Of a stretch of 11,584 nt of DNA, positions 8,286 to 11,584 are shown in pieces. Below the pieces are notes generated by a model that had not been told where the DNA came from, did no database searches, and saw only the letters and a program-made list of their open reading frames with translations. The stretch is from contig JBEPZV010000067.1 in assembly GCA_041640655.1 (NCBI GenBank), positions 1 through 11,584 of the forward strand. The letters run 5' to 3'. The translations under genes and the position numbers were made by a program. The number at the start of each line of letters is the position of its first letter. Position 1 is the first letter of the stretch. The DNA comes from a bacterium (GTDB lineage: Bacteria > Acidobacteriota > Blastocatellia > HR10).

Positions 8286-9331
8286 CGTGTCCTCTCCACG
8301 GCGTCGTTCGCCGAGGGCGGCGCGTTGGTGAGTGCGATCAACGCCTCGAGCTTCCTCCAAGCGGCGCCGGTGGCGATCGCCTCGGCCGCCAGCTCCACCC
8401 CCTCGCGCAGCGTGCCGACGCGACCGCTCACCCGAAGTCCCGCCGCAGCATTAAGCAGCACCAGATCCCGCGCGGCATCCCGACGATCTCCGACGAGCAC
8501 CTCCCGGACGATGCGCGCACTCTCCTCGGGAGAGGTCGCGCACACGCCGTTGAGGTCGCGCATAGCCACGCCGGCCTCGCCGGGGTCCAGGATGAAACGG
8601 CGCAGTCTCCCCTCGCACACCTCCAGGACGTGCGTCGGGCCGGAGATGGTGATCTCATCCGCTCCATCACTGCCATGGACGACCCAGGCGTGCTCGACAC
8701 CCAGGTGAACGAGCGCTCGCCCGATCTTCTCCATGCTCGGCAGATCGGAGACACCGATGAGCTGACGTTTCGGTCGCGCGGGATTCGTCAGCGGACCGAG
8801 CAGATTGAAGATCGTGCGAACGCCGAGTTGGCGACGAACGTGTGCCACGCGCGCGGTCGCGCGGTGAAAGTGGGGAGCGAACATGAAGCAGAGGCCGATC
8901 TCGTCCAAACAGCGCTGCACGATCGAGGGCGGAGGATCAATGCGGACGCCCAGGGCCATCAGGACGTCGGCGCTGCCGGTTCGACTGCTGGAAGCGCGGT
9001 TCCCGTGTTTGGCAACGGGGACGCCCGCAGCGGCGATCACAATGGCCGCCGCCGTTGAGACGTTGAAGGGTTTGCGCGGGCTCCCCCCCGTACCCGCCGT
9101 ATCCACGACATCGGGCCGCGCGACCTGAATGCGCACAGCATGCGCGCGCATCGTCTCGGCGAAACCGACGAGTTCTTCGACCGTCTCCCCCTTCATCGCG
9201 AGAGCGACGAGCGCCGCCGCGATGAAGGCTTCGCTCGTCTCCGCCGCGAGCAGCTGCTCAACAAGCGCGGCAGCTTCCTCTCGCGTCAGGTCCTCCCGTC
9301 GCATCAGCTTATCGAGCAGCGGATGTCCCAT
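8282..9331 (-). CDS. trpD: Anthranilate phosphoribosyltransferase
   Basis: KGETVEEL, DTAGTGGS, FNVST, VAKHGNR, GSADVL, FAPHFH, RTIFNLLGPLTNP, VHG.DGADE, VLLNAA. Starts 6 nt after the upstream gene's stop; no SD seen. Confidence 0.96.
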   Translation of the reverse strand: MGHPLLDKLMRREDLTREEAAALVEQLLAAETSEAFIAAALVALAMKGETVEELVGFAETMRAHAVRIQVARPDVVDTAGTGGSPRKPFNVSTAAAIVIAAAGVPVAKHGNRASSSRTGSADVLMALGVRIDPPPSIVQRCLDEIGLCFMFAPHFHRATARVAHVRRQLGVRTIFNLLGPLTNPARPKRQLIGVSDLPSMEKIGRALVHLGVEHAWVVHGSDGADEITISGPTHVLEVCEGRLRRFILDPGEAGVAMRDLNGVCATSPEESARIVREVLVGDRRDAARDLVLLNAAAGLRVSGRVGTLREGVELAAEAIATGAAWRKLEALIALTNAPPSANDAVERTR

Positions 9332-9337
9332 GACCGG

Positions 9338-10153
9338 TCAGAGATAGAAGAGGCTGAGGCGCGGCACGCCATATTCCTCACGCACGCGCTTCTTGACATA
9401 ATTGGCGAGCGTCTGTTCGTACAGCTCCCTCGCCATGCGCTTCTTGTGCTCCTTGAGCTGCGCCTCGCCATCTCGCCGAATCTGTTCCAAGCGTTCTTCG
9501 GGGAGGCACGCCAGAAGCGCTTCGTCGAGGATCTGCTCCAGGCGTCCCAACTCCCGTTCGAGCGTCTCGAAATCCAGCTCGTGCGCGGCACGCACATCCT
9601 CAAGAAGGGTCTCGAGCCGCGCCATCACCCGCTCGACCGCCTCACGCAAGAGGGCGAACGCCGTCCCCACAGACCTCTCCGCGACGCGCCGAAGATCAGT
9701 CCGACCGCGCTCCAAGTAGTCAAGCACCATCTCCCGGGAGAAGGGGGCGGCCGAGGGCTGAGCCCCATCGGCCTCTTCGCGCGCGCCGATCCGCGTGTGC
9801 CGGTACTCCTCAAAGCACGCCATCACCTCTTGCTGGCAGTAGAGGATCGAGTTGATGAGTCGCCGCCGCGGGCGAGCCTCGTAGGCGTCGAAGACGCGGT
9901 CCACGGCGCGCAGCACGACATGGAGCGGAATGCCCATGTCCTTCCAACTCTCGATCATCGCCCAATCGAGCGTGGAGAGCATCAGATGCTTCCCCCGCCG
10001 CCGCGCGAAGTGCTCCTCGATCTCCGTGAAGTAGTTGAAGTAGTTCACGACGAAGTCGTCGGCGGGGCGCGGCCGCTCGTCCGCAGGCGACCCTTCGCCG
10101 GCCTCCGCACGCGGAGTCACGTCATTTGGCGCGGGATTCCTGACATCGCTCAT
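9338..10153 (-). CDS. Conserved hypothetical all-helical protein (DnaD-like N-terminal domain suspected), up to 271 aa
   Basis: Fills the gap between coaX and trpD on the same strand, with protein-like composition from 'NYFNYFTEIEEHF' to 'RLSLFYL'. The ORF-track extension to 10642 is an alternative frame inside coaX. Start uncertain: ATG 10153 (32-nt overlap with coaX), GTG 10120 or GTG 10048. Confidence 0.8.
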   Translation of the reverse strand: MSDVRNPAPNDVTPRAEAGEGSPADERPRPADDFVVNYFNYFTEIEEHFARRRGKHLMLSTLDWAMIESWKDMGIPLHVVLRAVDRVFDAYEARPRRRLINSILYCQQEVMACFEEYRHTRIGAREEADGAQPSAAPFSREMVLDYLERGRTDLRRVAERSVGTAFALLREAVERVMARLETLLEDVRAAHELDFETLERELGRLEQILDEALLACLPEERLEQIRRDGEAQLKEHKKRMARELYEQTLANYVKKRVREEYGVPRLSLFYL

Positions 10154-10901
10154 AGATGATGCGCAACCCATCGAGCGTGAGGTTGTCATCGAGCGTCTGG
10201 ATATAGGCCGACGCGCGGCCGATGAGATGGGCGAGCCCTCCGGTCGCGATGACGCGCGTCTCCGGCCCCAGCTCGTCCAACATTCGCGCGAGAATGCCAT
10301 CCACCAGACCGATGTAGCCGAAGTAGAGCCCTGACTGAATGCTGGCGACCGTCGAACGCCCGATGATCGCGCTCGGCCGCCGGATGTCCACGCGGGGCAG
10401 CTTCGCCGTCCGCTCAAAGAGCGCTTCGGCCGAGATCGTGATGCCCGGGGCGATGACGCCACCCAGGTATTCGCCCCGCGCGGAGATAGCGTCGAAGGTC
10501 GTCGCCGTCCCGAAGTCCACGACGATACACGGCCCTCCATACTTCGCGAAAGCCGCGACGGCATCGGCGATGCGATCGGCTCCCACCTCTTGCGGATTCT
10601 CATAGAGGATGGGCATACCCGTCGGCGTGCTCCAGTCCACAAACAGCGGATCCAGATGAAAGTAGACCTGCGCCATCTTCCGCAGGGCGAAATCGAGCGG
10701 AGGGACGACCGAGGCGATCACGATGGCATGCACGGCGGAGAACTCCAGCCCCTCCAGCGTGAAGAGCGTGCGGCAGAGGATCCCCAGCTCATCCACCGTC
10801 CGCGACGCCTGCGTCGTCAAGCGCCAGACGACGCGGAGCCGCTCGCCCTCGTATACGCCGAGGGCCATGTTCGTGTTGCCCACGTCAATGACCAGCAGCA
10901 T
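10122..10901 (-). CDS. coaX: Type III pantothenate kinase
   Basis: MLLVIDVGNTN, IASVVP, YENPQEVGADR, VVDFGTATTFD, GGVIAPG, VIATGG, LTLDGL. SD GAGGA lies just upstream of the ATG. Confidence 0.96.
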   Translation of the reverse strand: MLLVIDVGNTNMALGVYEGERLRVVWRLTTQASRTVDELGILCRTLFTLEGLEFSAVHAIVIASVVPPLDFALRKMAQVYFHLDPLFVDWSTPTGMPILYENPQEVGADRIADAVAAFAKYGGPCIVVDFGTATTFDAISARGEYLGGVIAPGITISAEALFERTAKLPRVDIRRPSAIIGRSTVASIQSGLYFGYIGLVDGILARMLDELGPETRVIATGGLAHLIGRASAYIQTLDDNLTLDGLRIIYERCQESRAK

Positions 10902-10940
10902 GCGTCCTCGCGCGCCTCTTCGCGATCCTGCGAGCTACAC

Positions 10941-10970
10941 AATTAAGGCATCAGCGCGAGGAGAAGTCAA
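10941..10970 (-). promoter_or_regulatory. Putative sigma70 promoter for the coaX-trp-aro operon
   Basis: Minus strand TTGACT (10970-10965), followed 17-18 nt later by the AT-rich patch CTTAATTG (10947-10940). The -10 register is ambiguous and imperfect. Confidence 0.45.
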
Positions 10971-11003
10971 TCGCGGTCGGGCGCCTTTGGGCCGATCTCG
11001 CGT

Positions 11004-11033
11004 TTGACACCCTCGCGGCGGACGCGATATGTT
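11004..11033 (+). promoter_or_regulatory. Putative sigma70 promoter for cysS
   Basis: Consensus TTGACA (11004-11009), 18-nt spacer, TATGTT (11028-11033); GGAG at 11043-11046. Confidence 0.6.
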
Positions 11034-11057
11034 TCTGGCTTCGGAGCATGCACCCGG

Positions 11058-11584
11058 ATGCTGCGCGTGCGCAACACATTGTCGGGCGAGCTCGAGGTCT
11101 TCACCCCCCTGGATGGGGAGACGGCCCGTCTGTACAGTTGCGGCCTCACCGTCTACGACTACGGGCACATCGGGAATTTCCGCACGTTCGTCTCGGTGGA
11201 CATCCTCCGGCGCTACTTGAAGTACAAGGGGTACCGCGTCCTCCACGTCATGAACTTCACCGACGTGGACGATAAGACCATCCGGCGCGCGCGCGAAGAA
11301 GGGGTGAGTCTCCGCGAACTGACCGATCGCTACATCGCCGCATTCCTCGAAGACATGCGGACGCTCAATCTGGAGACGCCCGAGGTCATGCCGCGCGCGA
11401 CCGACCATATCCCCGAGATGGTCCAGCTCGTGAAGCGATTGCAAGAACGGGGGTATACCTACCGGAGCGAGGGCTCGATCTACTTCCGCATCGCGGCCTT
11501 CCCCGAGTACGGGAAGCTCTCCAAAATCCGCGTGGATCAGGTCAAGCCCGGCGCGCGCGTGGACGTGGATGAGTATGAGAAGGC
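11058..11584 (+). CDS. cysS: Cysteine--tRNA ligase, N-terminal part (3'-truncated; absent from the ORF track)
   Basis: Manual translation from ATG 11058: MLRVRNTLSGELEVFTPLDGETARLYSCGLTVYDYGHIGNFRTFVSVDILRR...MNFTDVDDKTIRRA...PRATDHIPEM...SIYFRIAAFPEYGKLS. Contains the zinc-ligand Cys, the HIGH-like HIGN and the TDVDDK motifs. Confidence 0.97.
   Translation, partial: MLRVRNTLSGELEVFTPLDGETARLYSCGLTVYDYGHIGNFRTFVSVDILRRYLKYKGYRVLHVMNFTDVDDKTIRRAREEGVSLRELTDRYIAAFLEDMRTLNLETPEVMPRATDHIPEMVQLVKRLQERGYTYRSEGSIYFRIAAFPEYGKLSKIRVDQVKPGARVDVDEYEK

Noticed and set aside
10028..10045. Perfect 9-nt tandem repeat (GAAGTAGTT x2) encoding NYFNYF, considered as a Phe/Tyr-sensing leader
   Set aside because: Only two copies, lying in the folded part of a long ORF, with no terminator/antiterminator pair nearby.
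10154..10642. N-terminal extension of the 434-aa ORF, and similar extensions of trpA, trpC and trpF in the ORF track
   Set aside because: These are alternative frames inside upstream genes. Family N-termini, SD sites and ATGA/GTGA overlaps point to the shorter starts.
11029..11275. Short + strand ORFs at 11029 and 11048 as cysS leader peptides, or a T-box leader
   Set aside because: They are out-of-frame overlaps of cysS. ATG 11029 lies within the -10 box, ATG 11048 is 1 nt from the SD, and the leader is too short for a T-box.
11058..11584. CysRS-like gene as MshC, completing a mycothiol-like pathway with the PIG-L and GNAT genes
   Set aside because: The sequence has canonical CysRS features (TVYDYGHIGNFR, YGKLS) rather than MshC-type TPYDATHLGH, and it lies about 10 kb away in a separate transcription unit.
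1..11584. Mobile elements, CRISPR arrays, tRNA/rRNA, defence systems, pseudogenes
   Set aside because: No transposase/integrase motifs, spaced repeats, cloverleaf structures, frameshifts or clear compositional breaks were seen, and almost all sequence is accounted for by intact genes.

Overview
GC-rich bacterial chromosomal window, mostly housekeeping; an Acidobacteriota (Blastocatellia-like) origin is inferred from gene content and motif variants. Left, + strand: the 3' end of a GNAT-like acyltransferase overlapping a PIG-L/LmbE-family deacetylase, then a tandem-SH3b probable lipoprotein and an exported beta-rich protein. Centre and right, - strand: one tightly coupled run of coaX, a conserved hypothetical gene, trpD, trpC, trpF, trpB, trpA, chorismate mutase and a type I-beta DAHP synthase. 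trpE/trpG are absent and no attenuator is visible. A divergent promoter region leads to the 5' part of cysS, which the ORF track misses. No mobile element, CRISPR array, tRNA or rRNA was found. The best lead is the hypothetical gene at 9338-10153, with a DnaD-like N-terminal helical domain and a C-terminal RLSLF motif resembling a beta-clamp-binding motif, placed where trpEG usually lie. The GNAT/PIG-L pair is the second lead. All calls come from visual motif recognition; no searches were run.
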